This document shows, piece after piece, positions 12,996 to 24,849 of a stretch of 64,000 nucleotides of DNA. The stretch is from Eledone cirrhosa (taxonomy: Eukaryota), in the NCBI GenBank assembly GCA_964016885.1, contig OZ024755.1, forward strand, positions 5,580,001 to 5,644,000. Reading direction: 5' to 3'. The notes below the pieces were generated by a model that was not told the origin of the DNA, searched no databases, and saw only the letters and a list, made by a program, of their open reading frames with translations. Numbering within the stretch: the stretch's first letter is position 1; every line of letters starts with the position of its first letter. The position numbers and the translations under genes are program-made.

Positions 12996-13239
12996 CTAAA
13001 GATTAAATTCTTAAGTAATTTTAACCAATCTGATTTATTCTTATTCTACAGCTCGGTTCATTTAATGAGCACAATTAAGATAACAGTTAGATCTCGTTAG
13101 GTAAAAATATTCAAACAAACAACATATAGGAATGAAAATGAGAGACGTTAATTATACCAACTGACAATGTCTAACGTATAACAGAAACATATTTAACACA
13201 TTTGAGTAAATAATATTATATATCTAACATAGTATAGCA

Positions 13240-13410
13240 CTCACTGTAAATGAGGCTGGTGTTAGGAAGGACACCCAGCTGTAGAAATTAATCAGGGACG
13301 GTTCTGTACGAGTGAGACATGGTCTTCCGACCAATCCCACCTCAAGTGGAACAAAACCGTCCAACCCCTGTTAGGATGGAAGATGGATGCTAAATGATGA
13401 TGATGATGAT
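13240..13410 (+). mobile_element. RTE-type tail fragment ending in (ATG)n
   Basis: Inverted homolog of 4794-4960. Confidence 0.65.
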
Positions 13411-14136
13411 TACATATATGTAACATACATGTAAGGAAAAATCTCTTCCCTATTTACATAGGAAAAACATACTGAGTTATTGATTAACCTATTTCCTTTG
13501 TGTCAAACACCACACAGACAAGGTATAGATAAGGTCGGAGTGTTTGTGAAGATTGTGTCGACTGAAGGAAGTTAGAATAAAATCGTTTATCACATATATT
13601 TATATATTTATATCTCACGCTTTAGCCTGATAATCTAATCTAAGTTGATTTCTAACTTAAGACACCTTTAAGTAGTTGAGAGACATCTACTTTCCTTTCT
13701 GAATAGAAAGAAATGTCATCTTCGTACTGATTTCACTCTAAATAATATATGAACTCATATCTGTAAGCCAAAAAAAAGTACTTGCTTGTCATACGGTTTA
13801 CCCTATACCAGGACAGCCACGATTAACTGCTAATGAGATATGAGGAAATGAGGAAAAAGATAGAGAGAAGAAGTCACCAAACTTCTACATTCTTCAGTGA
13901 CAGGTTTTCTTTATCCAACAAGCCAATATCTATCATAGGTATTGGTTTATAGTTACCAAAATAAAAAGTATGTCTTCTCATAAGAAATTTATAGAATTAC
14001 ATATTATACATAACAGGTGATGCTACATGGAAATCTCAACTAGAAGATGTTAAATACCTATCCAAAGTTCCCCACTGTGTCAGTAATAGTATCTTGTTCC
14101 TCTGGTAAAAGCACTTAACTTTCCAAAGAACCATCT

Positions 14137-14170
<34 letters not shown>

Positions 14171-14198
14171 AGTGTGTGTGTGTGTGAGTGTGAGTGTG

Positions 14199-14395
14199 TA
14201 TCCCGGGTTCAATCGAGTGTAACCACAGTAAGTAAGGTACTCAATACATAGCAGAGTAGTATAAATATTTAATATAGAAATGGCTTCTACAGGACTAGAA
14301 CTGTTTCATTTGAAGGAAATCATCGGGAAAGCCCTGATGATTTCCTTTGAATGAAACAGTTCTAGTCCTGTAGAAGCCATTTCTATATCAAATAA
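14199..14395. mobile_element. Penelope-like family 1 fold-back with hammerhead
   Basis: Palindrome ~14272-14388 centred near 14330. CTGATGA(14334)-tttcctttgaat-GAA-ACAG-ttctagtc-CTGT-A^gaagc. Confidence 0.75.
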
Positions 14396-14414
14396 ATATA
14401 TATATATATATATA

Positions 14415-14563
14415 TGAGATGTGAGAAAAACCACAGACCCTCCATCTCAACTCTAATTTTGAAAAGCAGAAGAACTGCGAAACCGGTAAAGGAACCAAAT
14501 AAATATATATATTTTTAAAAAAATAAGACTCCAGTTGCATTTTCTATTTCATCTTTTTTTTCT

Positions 14564-14565
<2 letters not shown>
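14415..14565 (+). mobile_element. Degenerate hammerhead-bearing pLTR fragment in (TA)n
   Basis: TTGAAAA-gcag aagaa ctgc-GAAAC-CG-GTA. Perfect stem II, palindromic stem III (ACCGGT), mutated 5' core, AATAAA downstream. Confidence 0.45.
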
Positions 14566-14602
<37 letters not shown>

Positions 14603-14799
14603 ACAATTACCATAATCTCACCCTCTCTCTCTCACTATATATGTATATATATATATATATGAGAGAGAGAGTATGTTTCCATATGTAAAAAAAAAAAATT
14701 ATGTCTAGACAAAGTTTATAATATGCTGGACTATATAAGGAGATACAGACGAATGAATAACCAGAGCTATGTCTGTGGAATTTTTGAAAGTTATGTAAT

Positions 14800-15100
14800 A
14801 CTGATGGATAGACTTATCTGACAATATGTCTTCACATCACGCGGAGAGTCGATATCTACCAGAAGACTCTACTGACCTTTTCTAACACCTTCATAGCTTT
14901 CCTTTGAACGTTTCTGTCAGTTTTTAACGGCAGATAATAATGTTAACCATTCTACAATATTTTAACTGAGATATTTGTGGTTGTTGTCAATGTTTGTATG
15001 AGAAGATTCATATGTTTTATTATCATAACCTATTATAAAACACTATACACTATTATAATCGATATTCTGTTAAGCACCTGAATGATTATGGAAGCATTCG
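14800..15100 (-). pseudogene. Possible heavily decayed LINE reverse transcriptase fragment
   Basis: Minus strand reads KLTETFKG...EGVRKG..ES, resembling RT motif B (GVRQG..SP). Many stops. Confidence 0.3.
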
Positions 15101-15155
15101 TGCACTGCAATGGAATGGATCTCTGTCAATATTAACTATGAGTGTTTCTTTTTAA

Positions 15156-15362
15156 CCCTTTATCATTTATATTACTCTATATATAGTATTATATTTTCAT
15201 GATAAAGGCTTTATCTTACATAATTTTTTCACATAATATTGAATCTGTGAGATTTTGCTATTTTTTATGTTGAGAATAATACCTTAACATCAGTATAGCC
15301 AGTTTGAACAGAAAGAGGTGAGAGAATTCTGGCTGGATATGACCGGTTTAAATGCTAAAGGG
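15156..15362. mobile_element. piggyBac-type MITE, copy 2
   Basis: TTAA-ccctttatcattt...aaatgctaaaggg-TTAA. Confidence 0.85.
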
Positions 15363-15567
15363 TTAACACAAAATATCTACTGGTTAACAAGGGAGGTACC
15401 CAGAATCTCCCTGAGAATTATATCAAAATGTATACATGTTTGTGGAATGTTTAACTTATGTAGATGTTAGATTTATGAGCAAGTTCCTTCGTTGATCAAA
15501 CAACTGGAACACTCATCGTGGAAACTGACTGAGATCCATTCCATTCCATTTTGCCATTGATGTTTAA

Positions 15568-15785
15568 CCCTTTAACATTTACATTACTCTATATTTACTA
15601 TTATATTTTCACAGTAAGGGCTTTATGTTACATAATTATCTCACATAATATCGAATCTATGAGATTTTGATATTTATTTTGAGAACACTACCTTAACATC
15701 AGTATGAGCAGCCAGTAATGGCCAGTTTGAATAGAAAGAGGTGAGAGAATTCTGGGCGGATATGGCCGGTTTAAATGCTAAAGGG
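15568..15785. mobile_element. piggyBac-type MITE, copy 3
   Basis: TTAA-ccctttaacattt...aaatgctaaaggg-TTAA. Confidence 0.85.
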
Positions 15786-15889
15786 TTAAAGAAACTGAGC
15801 GCCCTACCTCACTGGCCTGACAGCATTGGTTCGTTGCTTTTACTGCATCGGTTTAACAGATGATCATGTAACATTTCTAGACATTACAC

Positions 15890-16505
15890 ATCTTATATAT
15901 ATATATAGGATATATATACATATATATACATATATACTTACATATATATTCTTATATATAGATATATATACATATATATATATATACATATATACACACA
16001 TATATATTCTTATATATAGATATATATACATATATATATATATACATATATACACACATATATATTCTTATATATAGATATATATACATATATATATATA
16101 TACATATATACACACATATACATACATATATATAAACACACATATACATACGTATATATACATACATATATATATATATATATACACATATATATACACA
16201 CACATATACATACGTATATATTTATATATATATATATACACATATATACACATACATATATATACACATATATATACACATATATATACACATATACTTA
16301 TATATATATATATACACATATCCTTATATATATATATATATACACATATCCTTACATATATATATACACATATATTTACATATATATATACACATATACT
16401 TACATATATATATATACATATATATATATACACATACTTACATATATATATACACATATATATATACACACACATATATATATACACATATATATATACA
16501 CACAC

Positions 16506-16538
<33 letters not shown>

Positions 16539-16660
16539 TATACACATATATATACACACACACATACTTACACATATACACATATACACATATACACACA
16601 TATATACACATATATATATACATACATACATGCATACTTACATACATACATATATATAGT
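15890..16660. repeat. (TA/CA) compound microsatellite
   Basis: Direct inspection. Confidence 0.95.
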
Positions 16661-16896
16661 AGAACATCTGGTGAATTTAAAGGCAGGTATCTATTATAGA
16701 CCAGCAGATGTATAATATCTGTAAACGGTATATTCTCATCAAGTAATCTGGAAAGATCTTAGAACCTGCCAGCACGAGAGATGAAACATGATACAACAGA
16801 TAGAAATATCAGTTATGGGATATTACATTGACTCTTAACTTTTAAATTCAAAATTTATGCTTCAGAACACACTCATATATCCATATATATATGTAT

Positions 16897-17110
16897 ATCA
16901 TCATCATCGTTTAACGTCCATGTTCCACGCTTGTATGGGTTTGGACGGGAGTTTTCCCACTTGAGGCAAGAGTGGTAGTCATTGCTCACAGAGGACTGTC
17001 TGGCGGGTTTTCTACAGCTGGATGCCCTTCCTAACACCAACCATATTTACAGTGTGGGGCTGGGAGGTTTTTACCGTGTTGCCTACACGGCCACATTACG
17101 TGGACTGTGT
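16897..17110 (-). mobile_element. RTE-type tail fragment
   Basis: Homologous to 4794-5015. Confidence 0.7.
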
Positions 17111-17121
17111 ATATAATAGTA

Positions 17122-17310
17122 ATAATTGTTTCTACGTTTGGCACAAGACCAGCAATTACCCAGTGCATTACTGGTACTTTATTTTATCGATCCCGTACGG
17201 ATGAAAGGCAAAGTTAACCTCGGCGGGATTTGAACTCAGAATGGCAAGGGCCGTAACTATGCGTCAAAGCATGGCGTCCGACCCTCTACCGATACTGCTA
17301 ATCCATCACT
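17122..17310 (-). mobile_element. tRNA-derived SINE family A (most abundant family) with TSD
   Basis: Box A-like tagcagtatcggtaga, box B gagttcaaatccc, central gcctttcatcc..gataaaataaagtaccag, (ATT) tail. TSD tgtatataatagtaataat. Confidence 0.9.
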
Positions 17311-17421
17311 GTATATAATAGTAATAATAATAATAATATATATATATGCTACTATGGAAAAGAAATGCTTCCCTAACTATATATATATATAGATATTTCT
17401 GAAGAAGACAGTCTGATCAAA

Positions 17422-17460
<39 letters not shown>

Positions 17461-17467
<7 letters not shown>

Positions 17468-17755
17468 TATTAAGTTGTTAAACAATATTCAATGATTATG
17501 TCAAAGAATGAGTTTTACAGTAGTACGTTGATTAAATCTTAACCATTTAACATCTCAGGGTATGTCATGTATCATTATATTTTGTCTGATGAGGACGTAC
17601 TGTTGTACATCCGAAATATGTATAATAAAATGTAATTGATCAAAAGAACATCTATTTTATTAATACTTATAAATTATTTTACCGTTGAGTGCTTCCAATC
17701 TACTGTAAAATTCATTCTTTGGCATAATCATTGAATATTGTTTAACAACTTAATA

Positions 17756-17762
<7 letters not shown>
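17461..17762 (+). mobile_element. Penelope-like pLTR unit: inverted 3' end + hammerhead + 3' end, in (TA)n
   Basis: ~63-bp inverted arms at 17461-17523 and 17700-17762 enclose the HHR. Confidence 0.75.
17574..17636 (+). ncRNA. Intact type I hammerhead ribozyme
   Basis: Stem I ATTATATTTTGT/ATAAAATGTAAT (12 bp with 2 GU), CTGATGA 17586-17592, stem II ggacgtac-tgtt-gtacatcc, GAAA 17613-17616, 2-bp stem III. Predicted cleavage AUA^ after 17624. Confidence 0.75.
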
Positions 17763-17796
<34 letters not shown>

Positions 17797-17980
17797 TAAA
17801 ATAACAGATTAAAGTTTAAGCAAAGAATCGCTGCTTTCACCCTTAACGGGATCTTCTGAAACTAACAAAGTCTATCTGTGAACGCAGAAGTGAATATTTG
17901 CTCTACGGTTCTTATATATTTGATATATATTTATCCTTATCGAGCCCTCTTTGGATTTTCGTCTTCAAATTTATTATTAT

Positions 17981-18017
<37 letters not shown>

Positions 18018-18094
18018 TATATATCATCATCATCATCATCATTATCTTTGTTTAATGTCCATCTTCCACGCTAGCATGGGTTATATATATATAT

Positions 18095-18283
18095 AAGTTT
18101 ATCCTGGGTTCAATTGGGGGTAACCACACAAGTAAAGTATTCAATACAAAGCAGGGTACAAATATTTAATGTAGAAAAGGCTTCTACAGGACTACATCTG
18201 TTTCATTCAGAAGAAATTACCAGGAAGCCCTGATGATTTCTCGCGAATGAAATAGTTCTAGTCCTGTAGAAGCCTTTTCTATA
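18095..18283. mobile_element. Penelope-like family 1 fold-back with hammerhead
   Basis: Same tail as 10547 and 14199. CTGATGA at 18230; palindrome centred near 18226. Confidence 0.75.
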
Positions 18284-18299
18284 CATATATATATATGTG

Positions 18300-18445
18300 A
18301 GTTTTGGTTTCAATCGGTGGGTAACCACAGTAAGTAAAGTACTCAATACTTTAGTAGAGTGTATACAACAAATTTGATATAGAAATGGCTTCTACAGGAC
18401 TAGAATTGTTTCATTTGAATGAAACAGTTCTAGTCCTGTAGAAGC
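18300..18445. mobile_element. Penelope-like family 1 fold-back (junction in HHR stem II)
   Basis: gcttctacaggactagaattgtttcatt-tg-aatgaaacagttctagtcctgtagaagc. Confidence 0.7.
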
Positions 18446-18901
18446 GGGGAGAGAGAGTTGGGAGGGAGAGTTTGTTAGGAAATGTAAGCGGCAGATATTA
18501 GCAATGGAAACATTATTTTCTTGAACTGATTTGACAATTGGTTCATTTCTAGTTCTATAACATGGAATTTCCATTTATTCTGTTTGGGTGTAGACATAAC
18601 AGAAAACTGCATCAACAATTCGGATTAAATCCAAACTTACAGCAATATATATATTAATATATCACAGAATTACTGCATCAATGCATTTTCAAAGCAGCAT
18701 CTGGCAAAGAACTCAATAGTTTAAAGCTGAGGGTATTATATGAATTAATATAAAATTAATATAAAATTAATATAAAATTAATATAAAATTATGTAGAGTA
18801 ACTGAAGTAAAAACAACTCCAGGCATAGTTATCTACCTCATCAAAGATAGAGATATATGTATGTGTATATATATACTGACATACATATATACCTACTTGT
18901 G

Positions 18902-18936
<35 letters not shown>

Positions 18937-19292
18937 CTACATATATATATATATACCTACTTGTATATATATATATATGCAAACATTTATATACATACCT
19001 ACCTACCTACCTACATATATTTATAGATGCATATTAAATGTGAGATGGAGAAAGACAAATGATAATACCCCCCCCCCACTCTCATATATATATACCCCAC
19101 CCTCTCCCCCCACACACACTCTCTCTCTCATATATATATATATATATTACATGGTATATTTATGTATTCCATCACACAAGTGCACATATGCAGATTAGTA
19201 TAATTATGAATATTTAATTGTGTTCTCACCAACACAAGATGATTTTTGTACATTTGTACATCTCCAGCAAATCTACTTTAATCAGGTATATA

Positions 19293-19352
<60 letters not shown>

Positions 19353-19482
19353 CATATAGACACAGTCACATATAGACATACATACATATACACACTCAGT
19401 TATAGACACAGGCACATATATAGAGTTACATATAGACATACATACATATATATATAAACACTCATATATATAGAGTCACATA

Positions 19483-19608
19483 TAGAGAGAGAGAGAGAGA
19501 GAGAGGGGGGAGAGAGAGAGAGAGAGGAAGAGAGAGAGAGAGAGGGGGGAGAGAGAGAGAGGAAGAGAGAGAGAGAGAGGGAGAGAGAGAGAGAGAGGGA
19601 GAGAGAGA

Positions 19609-19644
<36 letters not shown>

Positions 19645-19831
19645 GAGGGAGAGAGAGAGAATTCATGTGTATGGGTTTGTTTGTATATGGGTATGTGTTT
19701 GTGTGTGTGTATCTGTATGTGTGTGTATGAGTGTGTCTGGGTGTGTCTGAGTGTGTCTGGGTGTGTATAGGTGTGTGTGTGGGTGTGTGTGTGTGTTTGT
19801 CTGGGTGTGTATAGATGTGTGTAGGTGTGTA

Positions 19832-19886
<55 letters not shown>

Positions 19887-19980
19887 TTGTGTGTGGTTGT
19901 GTGTGTGTGTCTATGTGTGTGTGTGTGTGTATGTGTGTGTGTATGTGTGTGTGTTTGTGTGTGTGCGTGTGTCTGTATGT
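19483..19980. repeat. (GA)n followed by (GT)n microsatellites
   Basis: Direct inspection. Confidence 0.95.
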
Positions 19981-20779
19981 TAAAGGTCTGAATTTGTAAA
20001 GCGCTGTCTGTATATCTTAATAAGATACACTAAATTGATGGACAGCCGAATTTAAGAGCATTTCTTCACCTCTTGTGGAGGGCTGATAGCAGCCAGAATA
20101 CCTTTCTGACCTTTAACTATAGCCTCATAACTTTCTTTCAACTCTTTCTCTAGACTCTTCTGGCATAGATTAATATTAACCATTACACAAAGATTCTGTC
20201 GAGTTGTTCTCGTAATTGATTCTGTGTGAAACATCTACGGGCGTCTATACCAGAAATGGAATGTATCTGAACAAAGCAGCCAGGATATCTGAGTAACAGT
20301 AACGACAGTAACTAACATACTGGTGAGTGCTAGAGGCGTGTTTACACTTGTTCAGCTGAGGTAACACTGGCTAATAGATAGCTGACTGTAGAGAACCTGC
20401 CCCAGGCCCAGGACCAGGACCAGAGAAGTGGGTCAATGAAGTTGCTAAGTTGTCTCCCACGGTTTAACACCTGATTTATTGGCTGCTATAGCAACTAGAT
20501 TTACGTCTATTTCTTCACAATGTCCCCGACTCAGACAGTTGACCTGTCGATTGCAAGCTTCATTGAGCTTTCTCAATTAATTCTGATAGAAGTTGTTCGG
20601 TATTGGTGGAGTGACTTTTCCAAGAGATATCAGGAACCATAATATATGAGAGTCAATTCCGTCTAGCTTGATCTTCAAGTTTCCGTGTCTCGCAAACGTA
20701 TATAGAAATTGCTACATCTCTGCCACGGTCGTCTAAATACCATCCATGGTCACCTCTCCCCTTACCCTATCACCAGTAC

Positions 20780-21055
20780 CAAGGGCCTTGTTTCAGGGGG
20801 TACCAGGGGACAAGTCCAACCCACTTTTTCAAAAGTCTATGTTTTATTTTATGCTTATTTGATATAATAAATTCTTTTTAAGCTTATTTTTTTATATCTG
20901 AACTTCATTTGAATATATAAAATTTAATTAGCGCAAAATTTTACTTATGTGATAGGGTCCGGGAAAGGCACCGTAAGCAATACTACCATGCTCCTTTAAG
21001 AATCAACAAATGTTGGTTTGTCCCCCTCACATTTTTAAGACAAACGAGGCCCCTG
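20780..21055. mobile_element. hAT-type MITE with 8-bp TSD
   Basis: TIRs caagggccttgttt / aaacgaggcccctg. TSD accagtac at 20772-20779 and 21056-21063. Confidence 0.85.
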
Positions 21056-21250
21056 ACCAGTACTGATTATAAAGTTCACTGAACTCCATCCTTCTTTCTC
21101 AGACTTGCTTCTCTCTAAAATCTAATACACTTCCCTTTCATCCACTGAACCTATCGAATTTTAACTTTCGATTATACTGTTGACCATATTGACGACAAAG
21201 GTAACAATTTCTATCATTGGCAGATTATCGCTTAGTTTATTGACCCCTGT

Positions 21251-21530
21251 GGAGGCTCGTGACCTAGTGGAAAGAGTGTTGGACTTACGATCATAATGTC
21301 GTGGGTTCGATTCCTGGGCTGGGTTGTGTGTTGTGTTCTGGAGCAAAACACTTCATTTCGCGTTGCTCCAGTATACTCGGCTGAAAATGAGTACCAGCAA
21401 TAGCTGGAGGGTTTAACCCTGCGATGGACTGGCGTCCTGTCCAGGGAGGAGTCTTGTATTTTCAGTGGCTTAACGCCACGAAACAGAGATAAGTACTGGT
21501 CTGATGAGCCTCCTGGCTTGAGACAGACTT
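21251..21530 (+). mobile_element. Full-length tRNA-derived SINE family C
   Basis: gtgacctagtgg (box A), gggttcgattcc (box B), CORE-like body, gcgatggactggcgtcctgtccaggg. Confidence 0.85.
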
Positions 21531-21639
21531 ATTGACCCTAGGAAGATGAAATATAAATCCCAGTCTGCCAAGAGTTGAACTCGGAAAGTAGATGTACGTA
21601 GCTAAATATCGCAATATATCTCATACCGAATCCTACCTT

Positions 21640-22402
21640 TCTACGGATCCAATCCACGACATTATTAACCATCTTACCAACAACCCTGAATACCTTTTTG
21701 ATTTCCATGTGTCTAACACACGTGGGCATGCCCACAAAGTCAGAAAACAGCACAGCTCCCATAACTTTCGGAAACATTTTTTCACGCTCAGAGTTGCTGA
21801 AGCATGGAATAAACTACCTGCATCAGTTATTAGCTGTCAAGAGACTGCATCCTTTAAAACCTCAGTGGAACAAATTACCTGCATCAGTTGTTAGCTGCCG
21901 AAACACAGCATCCTTTAAAACCTCCATGGAACAAACTACCTGCATCAGTTGTTAGCTGCCAAGACACTGCATCCTTTAAAACCTCCATGAAACAAACTAC
22001 CTGCATCAGTTGTTAGCTGCCAAGACACTGCACCCTTTAAAACCTTCATGGAAAAAACTACCTGCATCAGTTGTTAGCTGCCAAGACACTGCATCCTTTA
22101 AAACCTTCATGGAACAAACTACCTGCATCAGTTGTTAGCTGCCTAGACACTGCATCCTTTAAAACCTCCATGGAACAAACTACCTGCATCAGTTGTTAGC
22201 TGCCAAGACACTGCATCCTTTAAAACCTCCATACTTCCTGAGATTTGCCAACACTACACCTGATATCCCCCCTCCATACACACACACATGTATATCATGA
22301 CTCAAACACTATTCACTTCCCTGACATTTGTATATTATTCTATATACTATACATGTACCTTTGATGAGTTGTAGTGCATCTGGGCACTGTACACAATAAT
22401 TT
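21640..22402 (+). mobile_element. CR1-like LINE 3' end with internal tandem amplification
   Basis: Translates to SNTRGHAHKVRKQHSSHNFRKHFFTLRVAEAWNKLPASVISCQETASFK (CR1 ORF2 C-terminus), followed by 3' UTR. Confidence 0.9.
21805..22231 (+). repeat. 61-bp tandem repeat x7 derived from the CR1 ORF2 end
   Basis: Unit tggaacaaactacctgcatcagttgttagctgccaagacactgcatcctttaaaacctcca, starting at 21805, 21866, 21927 ... 22171. Confidence 0.95.
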
Positions 22403-22550
22403 GACGTATAGAGTTACGGCCCTTGCCATTCTGAGTTCAAATCCCGCCGAGGTTAACTTTGCCTTTCATCCTTTCGGAGTCGATAAAATAAAGTACCAGT
22501 AATGCACTGGGTAATTTGCTGGCCTTGTGCCAAACGTAGAAACAATTATT
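22403..22550 (+). mobile_element. SINE family A, 5'-truncated
   Basis: Homology to 17122-17310. Confidence 0.85.
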
Positions 22551-23344
22551 AACTATAATAAAGATTAAGACGAGAAGACCAAGATACAGACTCAACTTAC
22601 ACAACGACGACCATGACAACGAGGATACAAATGGCGATGAAAATGATTCAAAGAACAGATAAGATTAATATTACTTACGATGACAACAAGGACAGCGAGA
22701 TGAAGAATACAAAGTATGACAGCAGCGACAATGATGTTGACAATGATAATGAGGAAGATAGTAACGATGATAATGAAGATGAAGATTATGATAAGCAGTG
22801 CTTTCATCGGTATTTCTTTTGCATTCCTCATCGTTTCTCTCATTATTTCAGCCAACCATTACCGAAAGTTCTAGAAAAGCTAATCAGAATACAGCAACGG
22901 GAAGGCTATGACATTAAAAGATGTTCTTGATAAGTTGTACTAAACAATGAATAGCAACTCTTTGAAAATACCATCTTAGTGTGCTTGGAAGAAAGGAATC
23001 CCACTCGGAATTGACATTAAACATTCAAGTGGGACTTGATGAACTTTCAAAGGTCAAAAAGAAAATAACCTTAACTTTCCATTTAAAACAAACATTTCCT
23101 CTCTCTCTCTTCTCCTCTCCATTTAAGTAGATTCTATCTAACGGTTTAAGTCAGAGTTTGTCGTGGCAACATAAATAGATTTAAGGTGTTTGCTTCGGCA
23201 TATTCACTTACAACTTTGCATGTCCGTACCTGAACTATTAATGACTTTTCTTACTGTGCAAACTCATACTGTAGAAATGTATACTTGAATGCAATTTACC
23301 CTAGTACATGCGTTCCAATTATTATTATTACTACTACTACTACT

Positions 23345-23612
23345 ATTGATACTTTATTTTATCGATCCTGCTTTGCCTTTCATCCTTACGGGGTCGATTT
23401 AATCGACTTTCCCCTCCCCCAAAATTGCTGGCCTTGTGCCAATAAAAGAAACCATTATTATGGCGATGGATTGGCAGTATCGGTAGAGTATCGAACAACA
23501 TGCTCTGTGGCATATAGTTTTGAGTTCAAATTCCGCCTAGGTAAGCTTTGCCTAAAAATAAAGTCGATAAAATAAAGTACCAGTAATGCTCTTACGTCAA
23601 TTTAATCGACTC
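23345..23612 (+). mobile_element. Rearranged/tandem SINE family A fragments
   Basis: Family A tail, head and tail segments. Confidence 0.7.
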
Positions 23613-24093
23613 CCCCCCCCCCCCCACCAATTCAGCTATAAAGTTTTCCAACTCGTGGAGTGTTGCCTTCACCTTCTTTTCCCTTGTGATGTCAGGTTTA
23701 TGGTATTAAAATAATTTATCATTAGAATAGAGATGATTCATAAACAACACATGTTGTTGACCGTCAATCTAACATGTTCTGGTTGATCCTATGATGCCCT
23801 CTGGTGATCGTTCTATAAACAAAATATATTTATATCATCTTTGAGGTAAACATTTCAATGGGTTATCTTTGCTTCAGTTACTTTATTGATTAATCACCAT
23901 AAATATTTATATATTACTTGTACTATAGAGCGACAAACAAAGTCAAATGGTTCCACCTGGCCACAGGATCTGGGCTCTGATTCTGACATTAGATTATATA
24001 AAGTGGTTAGCGTGTAGCAGCCAAGTCTACATTAAATGCAAGGATTGATAAAATCTTTGACAAAATCTCAGTTGAAGAGAGAAAACATGGGCT

Positions 24094-24430
24094 GGGTTAA
24101 CCCCCCCAGCTATTGCTGGTACTCATTTTCAGCTGAGTATACTGGAGCAACGTGAAATGAAGCGTCTTGTTCAAGAACACAACACACAACCCAGCCCAGG
24201 AATCGAACCCACGACATTATGATCGTAAGTCCAACACCCTTACCACTAGGTCACGAGCCTCCACAGGGGTCAATAAACTAAGCGATAATCTGCCAATGAT
24301 AGAAATTGTTACCTTTGTCGTCAATATGATCAACAGAAGAATCGAAAGTTAAAATTCGATAGGTTCAGTGGATGAAAGGGAAGTGTATCAGATTTTAGAG
24401 AGAAGCAAGTCTAAGAAAGAAGGATGGAGT
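24094..24430 (-). repeat. Inverted duplicate of 21083-21419 (SINE C head plus ~170 bp of upstream sequence)
   Basis: Near-identical translations of ORFs 21161-21346(-) and 24167-24352(+); direct nucleotide match. Confidence 0.9.
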
Positions 24431-24681
24431 ACCCAGCCCAGAAATCGAACCCACGACATTATGATCGTAAGTCAAATACCCTTACCACTGGGCTAACTAC
24501 TATGTGTAGACAATATTCAGGGTCCTGTTTCTAGATGCTTTGTACTCAATGTTTTGTTGTTTTGAGATACGAATCATCAAACCTCGGGATAGATGTTGAT
24601 GTTGTTGTGACAGCTCCTACCTCTGCAGGTTTAGCCGGCCTCCTCCGAGGTATATCTCATTGGAGGTATCTTGGGTGTTCT

Positions 24682-24849
24682 AATGATAGGGACCCCAGTC
24701 CCTATCATCTCATTTCTACAGCTGAGTAAACTGGAGCAACGTGAAATAAAGTGTCTTGCTCAAGGAAACAACACATCACCCGGTCCGAGAATTGAACTCA
24801 CAACCTTTCGATTGCAAGCCCAGTGCTCTAACCACTAAGCCATGCGCCT
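24682..24849 (-). mobile_element. SINE family B head/core
   Basis: Near-identical to 5512-5673. Confidence 0.85.

Noticed and set aside
17820-17880. Minus-strand CAGAAGA-tcccgttaagggt-GAAA hammerhead-like motif
   Set aside because: Core mutated and stems I and III do not pair convincingly; at most a relic.
20052-20234. Coiled-coil-like KSLEKELKESYEAIVKGQK segment
   Set aside because: Short, weak splice signals and no family recognised.
21251-21325. tRNA gene
   Set aside because: tRNA-like A/B boxes are SINE heads continuing into SINE bodies; no full cloverleaf.
21478-21525. GAAAC...CTGATGA in the SINE C tail as a permuted hammerhead
   Set aside because: The hairpin after CTGATGA is not followed by GAAA, so the topology does not close.
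22613-22930. Acidic 105-aa ORF
   Set aside because: Degenerate (GAT/GAC/AAT)n trinucleotide tract.
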